IMG/VR virus record: IMGVR_UViG_3300032226_000438
Direction: 5' to 3' (one strand)
Length of the DNA stretch: 64,000 bases
Source of the DNA: an uncultured virus (IMG/VR IMGVR_UViG_3300032226_000438)
Taxonomy: Duplodnaviria > Heunggongvirae > Uroviricota > Caudoviricetes > Crassvirales
Shown: in pieces, positions 1-10,838 of the stretch
Numbering within the stretch: the first letter of the stretch is position 1
Layout of the letters: every line of letters starts with the position of its first letter
The notes under the pieces: generated by a model
Database searches by the model: none
Told to the model about the DNA's origin: nothing
What the model saw: only the letters and a program-made list of their open reading frames with translations
Program-made: the position numbers and the translations under genes

Positions 1-864
1 TCTATCCATCTCAGTACGCTCTAACAATCTTTCTTCAGCTTTAGTAATAAACATACCTTTCTGAATAATCTCATTAGTATTTTTATTCTTCAAACTAGCT
101 TGATAGATGTGTCCACGAGAGAATGCATCTCTATATTTCTTACCATCATGGTCATCATAAGTTCCAGTATTAGATTTACCAGACTTACTAGCAGCTAATT
201 CCATACGAATAAACCTATCTGTAAAAGATACTTCATTAGCATATTGACCTACAACACCACGAAGTTTCATTTGACTTGAGTATTGGTCAGTACCATATTT
301 AGTATTCTCTTCATTAGTTACACGAGTAGATACACGAGTAACAACTTGTCCAGGTTTTAAGTATTCTACAGGAATCCAACTATTAGGATTACCATCTTGA
401 ATCTTAACTTCATATCTAAATGAATGAGTTCCAAGTGGTTCAGGACCAGATATAATTTCTAGTAATGGTGCATTATCAGATGCAGTCTTTAGTACTACTG
501 GTGCTTTTAACCAATTACGGTCTAAAGCAATAGCAAAAGTAGTGTTAGCTTTGCCAGGATTAGCTGATTCTGAAACTAACAATTCCGTAACACGGAAGTC
601 AACATCAGCATCACCAATTACAGACCAAGCATACTCATTACGACCACCAGGAATTACACAGTAATTACCTTGAGCCATAGTTAAATAATTCCAACGCTTG
701 TTAGTTAAACCTAAATTGGTTGAACTAGAAAACAAACGTGCAGTCATAACACCAAAGTCATAAGGCTGGTCATCTCTAAACAATGCGCTATGAGACACAC
801 TATCGAAGAAGTTTCCACCAAATCCTTTGTATTCTGTTACTTTAAGGGCGGTTTTTCTTTCCAT
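1..864 (-). CDS. Major capsid protein, crAss-like (N-terminal part; runs off window start)
   Basis: Not in ORF track. Manual translation from ATG at 864: MERKTALKVTEYKGFGGNFFDSVSHSALF...EYAWSVIG...RYEVKIQDGNP...YLKPG...AEERLLERTEMDR, open to position 1. Position after terminase-portal-scaffold is typical of crAss-like phages. Confidence 0.8.
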   Translation of the reverse strand, partial: MERKTALKVTEYKGFGGNFFDSVSHSALFRDDQPYDFGVMTARLFSSSTNLGLTNKRWNYLTMAQGNYCVIPGGRNEYAWSVIGDADVDFRVTELLVSESANPGKANTTFAIALDRNWLKAPVVLKTASDNAPLLEIISGPEPLGTHSFRYEVKIQDGNPNSWIPVEYLKPGQVVTRVSTRVTNEENTKYGTDQYSSQMKLRGVVGQYANEVSFTDRFIRMELAASKSGKSNTGTYDDHDGKKYRDAFSRGHIYQASLKNKNTNEIIQKGMFITKAEERLLERTEMDR

Positions 865-876
865 TTTATTATTATT

Positions 877-1881
877 TTATATAAGTTCTAATTCCGATAA
901 ATCTACTTTAGGATTTCCACCTCTTGCTGATTTATTATTAGCTAGTGATGAGCTAGACCAATATTTTTCTACTGTATCTTTTACTCCTTTTACTGAAGGA
1001 CTAAATGCTGATTTCTTGTATTTATCTAAGTTTATATCTTCACCATCATAATTAGCTAAGAAATCTACTAACTTAACTAATGCTTTAGGATTCTCAAATA
1101 CATGTTCCATTCTAGTCTTAAAATTTCCACTTGTAAACTCATGAGCAATTACTTGCTTATGGTCAGTTCTCCAATTAGTATCATTTAATACTTGACCAAA
1201 GTTCTGTACAAATACTTCTTGTTGTTGTTGTTCTACTTGTTCTTGTTGTCTAACTTGTTCCAGTTGACTATTCATTTCTTGTTGTCTAACTTGCTCATCT
1301 TTTCTAAACTGTCTTATTGATTCTTTAGCTAATTGATTTCTATCTTTTAAGTAATCAATTCTATCTTCAATTTCATCATCTTCAAGACCTTCAGCTTTTA
1401 ATGAGTTAGTAAGATAGTTCTCAGCTAAATCATTATCATTCTGTAAATCCTGTTCAGTAAATGAAGGTGGTTGATATTGCATCAAAAAGTTAGCTACTTC
1501 TTCAGGAGTTATATCATCCTTGAGAGTAGCATATTCAATAATGGGTTGTAAGAAAGATGGAAAGTTTTGTATAGCACCTATTAGTGATACTTGAGCTTGT
1601 TTATCTAAAGCTTCTTTCAATGAATCAAATGTACCATCAAACTCGTGGTCGATAGTAAGAAAATTATTATCCTTGTAATAATTAAAAGCTGCAACAGCAT
1701 TGTCATCCGTATCAACATTATCTGACAATTCATCTTCAGAATCATCATCAGGATTAGCATCCTCTTCTTCTTCAGGAATCTCATCATTGACTACTTTATC
1801 ATCAACAACTTCATCCTCTTCTTGTTCTATAAAGTCGAAATCCAACTCTGGTAGAAAATCATCTCCTATTTCCATAAGCAA
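877..1881 (-). CDS. Acidic coiled-coil protein, probable capsid scaffold/assembly protein
   Basis: D/E-rich N-terminus and Q-rich coiled coil; lies between portal and capsid genes. Confidence 0.6.
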   Translation of the reverse strand: MLMEIGDDFLPELDFDFIEQEEDEVVDDKVVNDEIPEEEEDANPDDDSEDELSDNVDTDDNAVAAFNYYKDNNFLTIDHEFDGTFDSLKEALDKQAQVSLIGAIQNFPSFLQPIIEYATLKDDITPEEVANFLMQYQPPSFTEQDLQNDNDLAENYLTNSLKAEGLEDDEIEDRIDYLKDRNQLAKESIRQFRKDEQVRQQEMNSQLEQVRQQEQVEQQQQEVFVQNFGQVLNDTNWRTDHKQVIAHEFTSGNFKTRMEHVFENPKALVKLVDFLANYDGEDINLDKYKKSAFSPSVKGVKDTVEKYWSSSSLANNKSARGGNPKVDLSELELI

Positions 1882-1907
1882 ATATATTTTATGTTATTCA
1901 ATTAATT

Positions 1908-4442
1908 TTATTTAGATGACTTAGTATTCTCTTTTTTAGAAATTTTAGCTATTCTTTCTTTACTAGCTATATCTTTTTCTTTAATATCTAACTCTCTATC
2001 TTTTTGATTCATTCCTCTCATAGCTCTATATGCTTCAATATGGTCTGGAACTCCATCTTTATCTTGGTTCAAATCATCAGTAAACTTATAGACATCCATA
2101 GCTTTTATTTCAGCATCTAATTGTTTAGTTAATGTGATTTGTTCTAATTTATTATTATGCTCTTGTTGTTTCATTTGTGCTTGAGCTTGTAATTGTTGCT
2201 GTTGCATTTGTTGTTGCTGTTGTCCTTGTTGCTGCATTCTTTGTTCTTGTTCTCTAGCAGCAGCAGCAATCATCTTATGTACTTTTTCAGGACTATCACC
2301 TCTAGTCATAGCCATTACTAATTCTGATATTCTTTCAGCTCCTTCTCCAGCATTTTGTGCTAATGGTTGTATCATTTGTGTCATCATTTGACGATATCTT
2401 TCATTATAGTCACCATCATGAATAAAGATTCCTAAATCTTCATGATTTAGTAATTCTGGTTTTATTCTTATAGTCTTTTTCATTCCATCACTAGTAACAT
2501 AGTTTAAGAATGTTTCTGTCTTTTCAGGATTAGTTTCAAAGAATCTACGATAGTAATTAGTAAACTGTGTAACGTATTCATTTACTGTTTCTTTTATTAC
2601 TAATTGATGTAGTCTAAAGTATTCTTCAGCCATAGTGTATGACTGTGCTATAGCTTGTTGATTATCTGATACATTAGAACTTGGAGAATAAATACCTTCA
2701 GCTTGTGGTGGTACTAACATTTGCATTCCCATTTCTCTATCTATCAAGTCTAACAACTGTTGCATATTAACTATCTCTCCAATAGAACCAGCTTGTTCAG
2801 CTGTTACTGCTGTAGTTCTTTGATTGTTTGGTAATCCTGATGTGGTAGCTGTTGGGTCATAGTAACTATCTCCTAGTGTACGTCTTAAATACCTCCATAC
2901 TTTTAGTTTATCAGCACCTTCATATAATGGATTACCATTTTCATCCATAGCTAGATAATCAGGAATCTGACTAGCATCAATATTCTTTATATATCCTTCG
3001 TATTTAGCTAACTCTCTATTCTGTAAGTCTTTAACAAATGTATATTGTAATAGTGATGGTAATGCTCTTTCTACTAATGATATAGATTCAGCATTTAATC
3101 CTGAAAAGATTCTACCTTTACAAGATAACTCAAAATCATAAGGATTATCAATAGATAATGGTTGATTAGGAACTTCTCTCATATCAGTAAAGATATCATA
3201 ACCATATCTAGTTATTTCATATCTTCTAGGTATATACATCTTTTCAGCATACATTACATTACCAAACTCATCTATCCATTCATATCTTTTAGCTTTCTGA
3301 TTATATCTATTAACAATAAATGTAGTAGCTGCATCTTCAGGAATAGGATATTTACTATCTACTATTTCAGTAACTACTTCATTGTATTCATTAAACATAG
3401 TAAGAAAGATGACTTCTCTATAAGCTTTAAACTCTAAGTATGTTTTCCATATTAATTGATTAGCTCTATATCTTCTATCTCCAGATGTTCCTGTTGATTG
3501 TCCTATGTATCTATTATCATGAAATCTAGATTCCATTCCTTCTTCTACACTAAGATAATTATATTGTGATTTAGCTTGTCCACTAGTTACATCCCATGCT
3601 GTATTAGGTGTTAAATAGTTAGATGATGTATAACCTCGTAGTCTTTCTAATACTTCATCTTCTACTTTACCTTCTAATTCATCAATAGCTTCTGTAACAG
3701 TAATTGGTGTTCTATACCACCAATAATCTCCTTTCTCTATTCTTTCTTCATTACTATTCTTATGAAAACCACAATGAAGTGTATTTAATACCATTGGATG
3801 TGGTTGTCCATTCTTTTCTACAACTACCATAAAACATCTATCTACTGCGAGTACATGTTTAAATGATAATGACTTTAATGATTTAATATCAAACTTAACT
3901 TTAAAGTATTCTACAACATCATTATAGAATATTTCCATCTCACTCTTAAAATTCTTTATATCTATATCTTCAGGTTTAGGCATAGTACGCATAGATTCTT
4001 CAATCTGTTCTGCATTAGCACCTCCAGCTTCCATTTGTGCTTGGAATATCATTAACTCTTGATTAATTGCTGCTTCTAATACTTTCTTTATTTCTTCATC
4101 TTTTGCAGCATTATCTCTATCAGATAATAATAATACATCAAAGTTATCACCTCGTTTTAACATCTGTCCAACGAGATACATAAACTTAGGATATAATCTA
4201 TTGTAGATAACTATTTCTCTATCTTGTTCAAATGGTAACTTAAACATCTCTCCTTCAGGATTACATAACTCATATAATTGTCTGAATAATACACTACCAT
4301 CATTATTAAGAATAGCATAGATAAGCCTATACTTCTCATAAGATTCCATGTTGGTATTATTAAAAGGTACAATGGTGTTCATTATACTTTTATACCAATC
4401 ATCTGATTTATTTCTTTCTCTTAAGTTGAATACCGCTTCCAT
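1908..4442 (-). CDS. Portal protein (crAss-like)
   Basis: 844 aa directly after terminase; Q-rich C-terminal coil and DLNQDKDGVPD motif. Confidence 0.8.
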   Translation of the reverse strand: MEAVFNLRERNKSDDWYKSIMNTIVPFNNTNMESYEKYRLIYAILNNDGSVLFRQLYELCNPEGEMFKLPFEQDREIVIYNRLYPKFMYLVGQMLKRGDNFDVLLLSDRDNAAKDEEIKKVLEAAINQELMIFQAQMEAGGANAEQIEESMRTMPKPEDIDIKNFKSEMEIFYNDVVEYFKVKFDIKSLKSLSFKHVLAVDRCFMVVVEKNGQPHPMVLNTLHCGFHKNSNEERIEKGDYWWYRTPITVTEAIDELEGKVEDEVLERLRGYTSSNYLTPNTAWDVTSGQAKSQYNYLSVEEGMESRFHDNRYIGQSTGTSGDRRYRANQLIWKTYLEFKAYREVIFLTMFNEYNEVVTEIVDSKYPIPEDAATTFIVNRYNQKAKRYEWIDEFGNVMYAEKMYIPRRYEITRYGYDIFTDMREVPNQPLSIDNPYDFELSCKGRIFSGLNAESISLVERALPSLLQYTFVKDLQNRELAKYEGYIKNIDASQIPDYLAMDENGNPLYEGADKLKVWRYLRRTLGDSYYDPTATTSGLPNNQRTTAVTAEQAGSIGEIVNMQQLLDLIDREMGMQMLVPPQAEGIYSPSSNVSDNQQAIAQSYTMAEEYFRLHQLVIKETVNEYVTQFTNYYRRFFETNPEKTETFLNYVTSDGMKKTIRIKPELLNHEDLGIFIHDGDYNERYRQMMTQMIQPLAQNAGEGAERISELVMAMTRGDSPEKVHKMIAAAAREQEQRMQQQGQQQQQMQQQQLQAQAQMKQQEHNNKLEQITLTKQLDAEIKAMDVYKFTDDLNQDKDGVPDHIEAYRAMRGMNQKDRELDIKEKDIASKERIAKISKKENTKSSK

Positions 4443-6739
4443 CTATTATTTATATGATTACGTATTGTCTGCAATGCTACAGTTTTTGATTTATTCATCA
4501 TTCTATGATTCTGTTCACCAATAGCTAGAGTTACTCCTAATAACGCTGAAACGCCATCAAAGTTTCCTTTCATGTTATAACTCTTTATTTGCCTAATGGT
4601 AAATATACAAGGAATCCTTTCTATGTTATAAATTTCTATTCCATTAATTTCTTTTTTTTCTAAAAGCCAATCTCTAAAAGCATCTACTAATGATATCTTA
4701 GCTAGACTATTTCCTACTATATATCCAGTTTGACTTACTGTTTTAGAATAGATAAATTGTCCTTGTTCAAATTGTGGTCTAAGACATAGTAAATCAGCTT
4801 TCTTTTTCTTTAGGAAATAAGCTCTAAGTCTATCTCCTCTATTAGCTTCATACCATAAGTTTCTAACAGGATTACCATATAGTGCAATTCCCATTTCTAA
4901 TACTTCATTATATCTATCTATACCATCTAAGTTTTTACCAATATATGTAGCTGCTATTTCATTTCCTGGAAGTCCATATACTTCATACTTAGGATTAACA
5001 ATAAAATATGCAGCACCTAATGAACCTCCTTTATCCATTTCATCTGATATATATGGGTCGTGTAGTACAATAATAGCATCATTAGGAATAATACCATTTA
5101 GTTTTAGTTTATCAGGACTTATATACATCATAAACTCACCTGTTAAATCATCTCCAGCTTTTATTGGAAAGTTATAAATAGGTTTAGGATTTGTTTTAAT
5201 CTGATAATTAACACCATATTGTGCAGCACTATCCCAATACATATCAATAGCAGTACCTAGTGTTTCATATAAGTTATCTCTAACTAATTCTCTCTCTCTT
5301 TCTTCAGCTTCTTTTACTGGTAATAATGAACCACCTTCTGATAACCACATATCAGTTATGCGTAGTGGGAAGTTCATCTTTTGTCTTACTAATACTTTAG
5401 GGTCTGAAGATTTAGATGCTTTCTGTACTTCAGCTTGATAGAATGATAATGCTTTAGGAATATCTGTATTACCATTTTTATCTTTAAATCTTTTATCTGT
5501 TATATATGCTGGTAGAAATAAACATTGGTCTTGTTCTCCATACTTAAACTTTAAACAATTATAATCATCAGGATGCGTAAATATTTTCATAGCATCATGA
5601 ATAGTTTCTATATTACCTGATGTACCAATTCCCCATTGTACACCAAACTGTTCACCATCTGTTTTAACTACAGCATCATTTGATAACCATGCTTCTATGA
5701 ACAACTCCATTAATCCTATTTCTTCATAGACTATAAGATTTCTTCTACCACCAGCTCCTGATTGTCCACCATCTCTTTTATTAGTAGAATAAACATTATG
5801 ATATAGTGTAGAACCAGTTCCTATTTCTTTCCATTCATTTTTAATCTTTACTGGAGTAGTATTACGCCATGGATTGTCTTTGTTATTAGCACTAATATGT
5901 CCTGTCATTCTTTTCCAAAATGGACATGGTTCATAATCATCATCTCCAGGTTTTCCCCATACTCCAAACTCTTGATTAAGTGCTAATTCATTGAGTGATG
6001 CTTCTATCTTTTCAGCTAACTCACTAGATTTATCTTTTCTTCCTGAACCTAAATCTATTTCAGCTTTTAATTCCCTTCGAGTATCTCCAGGTTTATAATA
6101 CTTCTCTCCATCAAAGATTAATTCAAATAGCATACACATTAGTGCAGCAGTATATGATTTACCACCACCTCGAGAACCTAGTATAACAAAATTCTTAGCA
6201 TCATTATAATATAATGGTCTGCCTAATGGTATATCATGGAGTTGAAACAAATAATCTCTAGGATGTATAAATTCTTTTAAGAATCCTTTCTTATTAAATA
6301 TAGTAATCTTTTCTTCTAGTGTCATATAGAAAGCATCAGGATTTAATACTTTCCAATTACAAGTATATTCATCATCATCTTCAAATCCTGAAAATCCTTG
6401 TGCTTCAAGATAATAATAAGCTAGATGCCATTCTATATCTCTGATATTAGGTTTTAGTTTTAATCTAGCTTTTGTTTTCTTATCAGTTTCTACAATAGTA
6501 CAGTAGTTCCCATAGAATCCTATTCTACCAGGAACATATCTATACTGTCCAAATTGAGGATACCAAATACCTTCAATACATTTAGAACGAGTTAGTTGCC
6601 AAAAAGAATTATATCTAGGGTCATCAGGATGATATAGTTGTGGTTTAAACTCATTGAGTATTCCTTCTAAATCTTCAATTTGAATCCATTTAAAATCCCA
6701 TTCATCAATACATGTAGTTACATTAGCTACTTCTGACAT
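4421..6739 (-). CDS. terL: Terminase large subunit
   Basis: Walker A LGSRGGGKS, Walker B IVYEE, GTSG, nuclease-domain HDPY, YEANRG and C-terminal FDGVSAL. Confidence 0.9.
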   Translation of the reverse strand: MSEVANVTTCIDEWDFKWIQIEDLEGILNEFKPQLYHPDDPRYNSFWQLTRSKCIEGIWYPQFGQYRYVPGRIGFYGNYCTIVETDKKTKARLKLKPNIRDIEWHLAYYYLEAQGFSGFEDDDEYTCNWKVLNPDAFYMTLEEKITIFNKKGFLKEFIHPRDYLFQLHDIPLGRPLYYNDAKNFVILGSRGGGKSYTAALMCMLFELIFDGEKYYKPGDTRRELKAEIDLGSGRKDKSSELAEKIEASLNELALNQEFGVWGKPGDDDYEPCPFWKRMTGHISANNKDNPWRNTTPVKIKNEWKEIGTGSTLYHNVYSTNKRDGGQSGAGGRRNLIVYEEIGLMELFIEAWLSNDAVVKTDGEQFGVQWGIGTSGNIETIHDAMKIFTHPDDYNCLKFKYGEQDQCLFLPAYITDKRFKDKNGNTDIPKALSFYQAEVQKASKSSDPKVLVRQKMNFPLRITDMWLSEGGSLLPVKEAEERERELVRDNLYETLGTAIDMYWDSAAQYGVNYQIKTNPKPIYNFPIKAGDDLTGEFMMYISPDKLKLNGIIPNDAIIVLHDPYISDEMDKGGSLGAAYFIVNPKYEVYGLPGNEIAATYIGKNLDGIDRYNEVLEMGIALYGNPVRNLWYEANRGDRLRAYFLKKKKADLLCLRPQFEQGQFIYSKTVSQTGYIVGNSLAKISLVDAFRDWLLEKKEINGIEIYNIERIPCIFTIRQIKSYNMKGNFDGVSALLGVTLAIGEQNHRMMNKSKTVALQTIRNHINNRWKRYST

Positions 6740-7262
6740 ATTCTTTAAATGTTATCCATGACCAATCAAAGTATTGCATTTCAACGTAATTAGGTTGATA
6801 CATAATTGGACAATCTTTAGCTGTTATATCATAGTGTCTATAAACATTATCTATAGTTAACTTATGTCTTGCTAATAGTACATTAATCAGATACTTAACA
6901 TTTCTTAAAGTATCTTCATACTTACTATTAGTATTAACACATACTTCTATACCAATAAAATAATTATTAGCACTATCTCCAGCTGGAACTAATGTTCTTC
7001 TAACAGGTAGATTAGCTCGTCTAGGTTTATCACCTACATGCCATGCTACTTCATTATCAGGAATCATTTGTATAATATTTTTATCATCTACTACATAATG
7101 ACAACTAGCTTGTACTGTAGTACTACCAAAGTATTTATGATGTGCTTCAGCTCCAGCTGTAGGTTTTACATTAGCAGTCCAATGTACAATAATACCTTTT
7201 AGTTCTTTAAGTTTTCTTCCAGGTCTATTGTTAGTTACTAGTTTTACTTGTATATCTACCAT
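6723..7262 (-). CDS. N-acetylmuramoyl-L-alanine amidase (Amidase_2-type endolysin)
   Basis: IIVHWTA, SCHYVVD, AWHVG, IGIEVC and RHYD..KDCP zinc-amidase motifs. Confidence 0.9.
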   Translation of the reverse strand: MVDIQVKLVTNNRPGRKLKELKGIIVHWTANVKPTAGAEAHHKYFGSTTVQASCHYVVDDKNIIQMIPDNEVAWHVGDKPRRANLPVRRTLVPAGDSANNYFIGIEVCVNTNSKYEDTLRNVKYLINVLLARHKLTIDNVYRHYDITAKDCPIMYQPNYVEMQYFDWSWITFKEYVRSS

Positions 7263-7843
7263 AAATCTCCTTTTTCTGATTTAGTTAATTTAGAACCACC
7301 TTTAGCTCTAACAGATTGTTTATCTTTAATAAATTCTTCTTCTATCTTTTGATACTTTTGGTATATAGATAAAGAATCTTTTTGTAGCATATTAATTTGT
7401 GTAGCAGTACCTTTTATTACTATAACTTTATCTCCAAGAAACTCTGTAGTATCTAGTGTTAACTCTGTATCAGAAATTAACTTAGCTCTCTTTTGTAACT
7501 GATTCTTTTCTTCTGCATAAGCTCGTTGTACAGCAGTCATACATTCTAGTGGATATGCTTCTAAACATTTAACAAAATTAACATCATCCCAATCTAAATC
7601 TTTAACAAAAGTTTCTGATAATGTTTTCTTTCTTTCACCATAAGCTATTCTATAGAATATATTATCATTTTCATCAGGGTCACACATAAAGAATATAGTC
7701 CACATTTGTCTTGATGAGAAATCTTTATTTTTAGATTTATCTTTCTCATACAATAAATGAAATGGTGGATATATCTTAAACTGTGGATTAACTTCCCAGA
7801 AGTTAACAGCTTGGTCTAATGTTCTATAGTTTATTTTAATCAT
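7256..7843 (-). CDS. Packaging-module protein (possible terminase small subunit)
   Basis: 195-aa helical protein ending in VRAKGG, two genes upstream of terL; function inferred from position only. Confidence 0.35.
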   Translation of the reverse strand: MIKINYRTLDQAVNFWEVNPQFKIYPPFHLLYEKDKSKNKDFSSRQMWTIFFMCDPDENDNIFYRIAYGERKKTLSETFVKDLDWDDVNFVKCLEAYPLECMTAVQRAYAEEKNQLQKRAKLISDTELTLDTTEFLGDKVIVIKGTATQINMLQKDSLSIYQKYQKIEEEFIKDKQSVRAKGGSKLTKSEKGDLW

Positions 7844-8088
7844 CTTGTTACTCTTGCTTTAACAATATATTCCTTAGTATTAATCTTTAATAGTACAAAT
7901 CTATCAAAGACATTATCATCAGGATTCTTTACTTTACCAACACTCATATTTAGTGTTACAGTATTATCCTTAAAACTAGTTGATAAACATCCACAAGATA
8001 CTTCTGTATGTTCAATAGGTTCATCAATTGTTATAGTTGTTGTAGCTACACTATTCTCTTTGTGTTCACCTAAGTTAATTTCCAACAT
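7840..8088 (-). CDS. Small Ig-like/DUF1573-like protein
   Basis: VSCGCLS motif in a beta-rich 82-aa ORF. Confidence 0.4.
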   Translation of the reverse strand: MLEINLGEHKENSVATTTITIDEPIEHTEVSCGCLSTSFKDNTVTLNMSVGKVKNPDDNVFDRFVLLKINTKEYIVKARVTR

Positions 8089-8446
8089 ATACTTCGTCTA
8101 ATTTTAATCTGAATAAACAACGTTTTATACTTGCTGATATTTCAGCCATTACATTCTTAATAGCTTCATCATTTTCTTTAACCATTGATGCTTTAATCAT
8201 ATTATGTAAACCTCTAAAATAAATTAATACATCATCTGATTCAGGAATATCAACTGACTTAGGTGCTACTATAGCTCCTGTATCTACCATATATATTTCT
8301 ACTAATGTATCTAATAAAGGTTCTACTTCATCATAATACGATGCTAAAGCTTCATGCGTTCCTAGTCTTCTAATAGTCCAATGTTTATACTTAGCATATA
8401 TTAAACTCTGAACTATTGTTGCTATTATTTTACTAAAATTTTCCAT
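8075..8446 (-). CDS. Ferritin/Dps-like four-helix protein
   Basis: KHW...HEALASYYDEVEPLLDTLVE pattern. Confidence 0.6.
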   Translation of the reverse strand: MENFSKIIATIVQSLIYAKYKHWTIRRLGTHEALASYYDEVEPLLDTLVEIYMVDTGAIVAPKSVDIPESDDVLIYFRGLHNMIKASMVKENDEAIKNVMAEISASIKRCLFRLKLDEVYVGN

Positions 8447-8666
8447 TAGGACACTTTTTATTAGTTAATACCATTTCATCAAAATCACAACCACATACAA
8501 TACAGTAACCACTTTCAAAGCATGGTTTACACCTTCTAGCTTTTTCTAGTGGATGTGTTTCAGTCATCAACCAAAGAGAGAGTTTGGCTTTCACTATGAA
8601 AACCAAACCCTTCACTAAATCTTTAGGATGGCTTATCAGATACTTTGTCACTAAACTTAATTTCAA
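8433..8666 (-). CDS. Small Cys-rich (zinc-binding) protein
   Basis: CKPC...CIVCGC...KCP. Confidence 0.5.
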   Translation of the reverse strand: MKLSLVTKYLISHPKDLVKGLVFIVKAKLSLWLMTETHPLEKARRCKPCFESGYCIVCGCDFDEMVLTNKKCPNGKF

Positions 8667-8919
8667 GACCGATAGTTTTTAATACCATTTTAAGAATCAT
8701 TCCAAACATTCCAGTAGGTAAACCAATTTGTAATTCTTTACCCTCACACTCAACAAAACTCTCATTCGTTTTGTCATAAACAAACTGAATAAGTTTTACT
8801 GCTGTTGCATAGTTAAGAACTACTTTACCATCGGTGTTAATGTACTTATCACCGAGTTCTGACATAAATTCTCCCACATTAACTGTGTGACAACCTGCCT
8901 TTTTTACAAATTGAGCCAT
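8623..8919 (-). CDS. Hypothetical protein
   Basis: ORF in tightly packed operon. Confidence 0.5.
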   Translation of the reverse strand: MAQFVKKAGCHTVNVGEFMSELGDKYINTDGKVVLNYATAVKLIQFVYDKTNESFVECEGKELQIGLPTGMFGMILKMVLKTIGLEIKFSDKVSDKPS

Positions 8920-8921
8920 AA

Positions 8922-9563
8922 TTATGATTTTTTAATAATTAACGTAACATCATTAATTGGGTCTACAGCCAAATAGCCAAAGTGTTTATTACTAATATCT
9001 GTTGGTGCTTCAAAATCATACCAATCAGATAGTGTAAATCCATGTGCTAAATGTGCTGGTGTATCTACTGAAGGTTTTTCAGCTAATACACATCTTCTAT
9101 TTATCTCTACTATATCTCCAGCTTTAATATGTGTAACATGTTCAGGAACTGCTACTACTACACACTTTCTTGAGAAAGCCCATGGTGAATCTATAGTCTG
9201 TCGAATACCAATACCATTCTGTGTCATTTCTTTCATTGGAATTTTTGGAGCAATAATTAATCCTGATTTAGTTCTAGTTGCTTCAATATGATAAGCTCTT
9301 ACTACAGCAATATGTACTGGAGTAATATTTTTGTAATCATCATCTAGCACATTAATATTACTATTATAATCCTTAATGAGTTGCTCTGTTTTATCCCAAT
9401 GGTCAGTAACTCTTGCTAAATCAAAACTTTCTTTACCAACTTCTGTTGATTCACCACCCATTCCAGTAAATAGAATCTTTCTATTAGGGTCTGGAAAGTT
9501 AGCTGCTGCAAATTCAGCAACATTTACACTCATTGCAGGTTTATCATACCTCTTCTTTGTCAT
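8922..9563 (-). CDS. GroES-like (co-chaperonin fold) protein
   Basis: TRTKSGLII mobile-loop motif, CVVVAVP, IKAGDIVEI. Confidence 0.6.
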   Translation of the reverse strand: MTKKRYDKPAMSVNVAEFAAANFPDPNRKILFTGMGGESTEVGKESFDLARVTDHWDKTEQLIKDYNSNINVLDDDYKNITPVHIAVVRAYHIEATRTKSGLIIAPKIPMKEMTQNGIGIRQTIDSPWAFSRKCVVVAVPEHVTHIKAGDIVEINRRCVLAEKPSVDTPAHLAHGFTLSDWYDFEAPTDISNKHFGYLAVDPINDVTLIIKKS

Positions 9564-9837
9564 AATACTTTTTTATAATGTTATTAATATATTCTAGTTC
9601 TTTACTTTCTGGTCTATGTATCTCTAGCTTTTTACGTTTAGCTATTAGTTTCCTATCTTTTAAGTTAAACTTACCTAACCATTCAAGTAGTACATATTTA
9701 GTATTCTCTAGTGGATTTCGTAGTATATGTTTTAGTTTTAGTTCAAAGTCTTGAATAACAAACTTTACTAAAGCTTTACTCTTTCCACAATCATTAGCCA
9801 CCATTGAATATATATCACTTTTACTACTTGGTAGCAT
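9544..9837 (-). CDS. HU/IHF-like DNA-binding protein
   Basis: KSDIYSMVA..GKSKALVKFVI helices followed by VLLEWLGKF strand. Confidence 0.6.
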   Translation of the reverse strand: MLPSSKSDIYSMVANDCGKSKALVKFVIQDFELKLKHILRNPLENTKYVLLEWLGKFNLKDRKLIAKRKKLEIHRPESKELEYINNIIKKYYDKEEV

Positions 9838-10219
9838 AATCTGTTATATGGAATGAAAATACAAATTGTACATCTTCTTGATTAACTACAAAGGTATGAA
9901 ACTTTATTAACTTATCACTTAAAAACCCGTAACTATCTACTAAGTTTAATGACATGAGTTCTTTCTTAACTTGAGTAAGTCTTGGTGCTTTCATTCTCAA
10001 GTCTTGCATTATATCTACAGAGTGAGGTTTAGCAAAGAAATTCTTATTAGGGTCTTTAGCCATTATATAAGATATTGTTTCTAATGCTCTATCTCCAAAT
10101 TTAAAATTCTTTCTAAGACTAAGTAATTTAAAATAAGTTTCCCAAAAATTCATTCTAGTTACTCCTTGTGTAGATAGTGCTTGTTGTCCAACTTTTCCAG
10201 TTAGCAAATTTACTTCCAT
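9824..10219 (-). CDS. Hypothetical protein, possible winged HTH
   Basis: 131 aa; IMQDLRMKAPRLTQVKKELMSLNLV resembles HTH plus wing. Confidence 0.4.
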   Translation of the reverse strand: MEVNLLTGKVGQQALSTQGVTRMNFWETYFKLLSLRKNFKFGDRALETISYIMAKDPNKNFFAKPHSVDIMQDLRMKAPRLTQVKKELMSLNLVDSYGFLSDKLIKFHTFVVNQEDVQFVFSFHITDYATK

Positions 10220-10836
10220 TTTATTATTTGTATTCCAGCTGTTAACGATATTGTTTTGCTTATCATATTATACTGCATACCTAATACATGATTCTGTTTA
10301 GTTTTATACATTAGTCCTAAAGCATAATCTCTATTAGTATAAATAGTTCCTGTAAATAACAAACTACTCTCTGGAGTAGCTATCTTTACGTATTCTATTG
10401 TTCTTTCAGGATTTACTACAACAGTATTAGTAAACATACTTTGTATTTCTAAGGTATCTAGTTTAACACCTCTTTTAGTTCCCATGTAATAACCTCTTAC
10501 ATTGAGTGTATCATAAATAGATACTGCACCATTTCTACTACTTAATAAATAAGTTCTTAATCTATCATCTACTACAATAGTAGTATCATTATCTTCTATT
10601 ACACTATCTACAGTTACTTCAGTACCTATTACTTTTCCAGGTTTATATCTACTTGTAAAAGATACTTTATTTTGTACTACAGCACAAGTATCTTTAAATA
10701 CTGTAATGTATTCTTTTTTTATTTTAGTATCAGTAACAAATTCAATACCTAATCCTTTGTTATCGAATACAGTAAAGTAAATTGTTCCTAATATTAATCC
10801 AATGACTATTCCTAGTCCGTATTTCATTATTTCCAT
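10210..10836 (-). CDS. Membrane-anchored beta-rich protein (possible lysis/spanin-like)
   Basis: N-terminal hydrophobic helix and amphipathic C-terminal strands. Confidence 0.4.
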   Translation of the reverse strand: MEIMKYGLGIVIGLILGTIYFTVFDNKGLGIEFVTDTKIKKEYITVFKDTCAVVQNKVSFTSRYKPGKVIGTEVTVDSVIEDNDTTIVVDDRLRTYLLSSRNGAVSIYDTLNVRGYYMGTKRGVKLDTLEIQSMFTNTVVVNPERTIEYVKIATPESSLLFTGTIYTNRDYALGLMYKTKQNHVLGMQYNMISKTISLTAGIQIIKWK

Positions 10837-10838
10837 AA

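Noticed and set aside
2160..2270. CAA/CAG-type microsatellite
   Set aside because: It encodes the poly-Gln coil of the portal protein.
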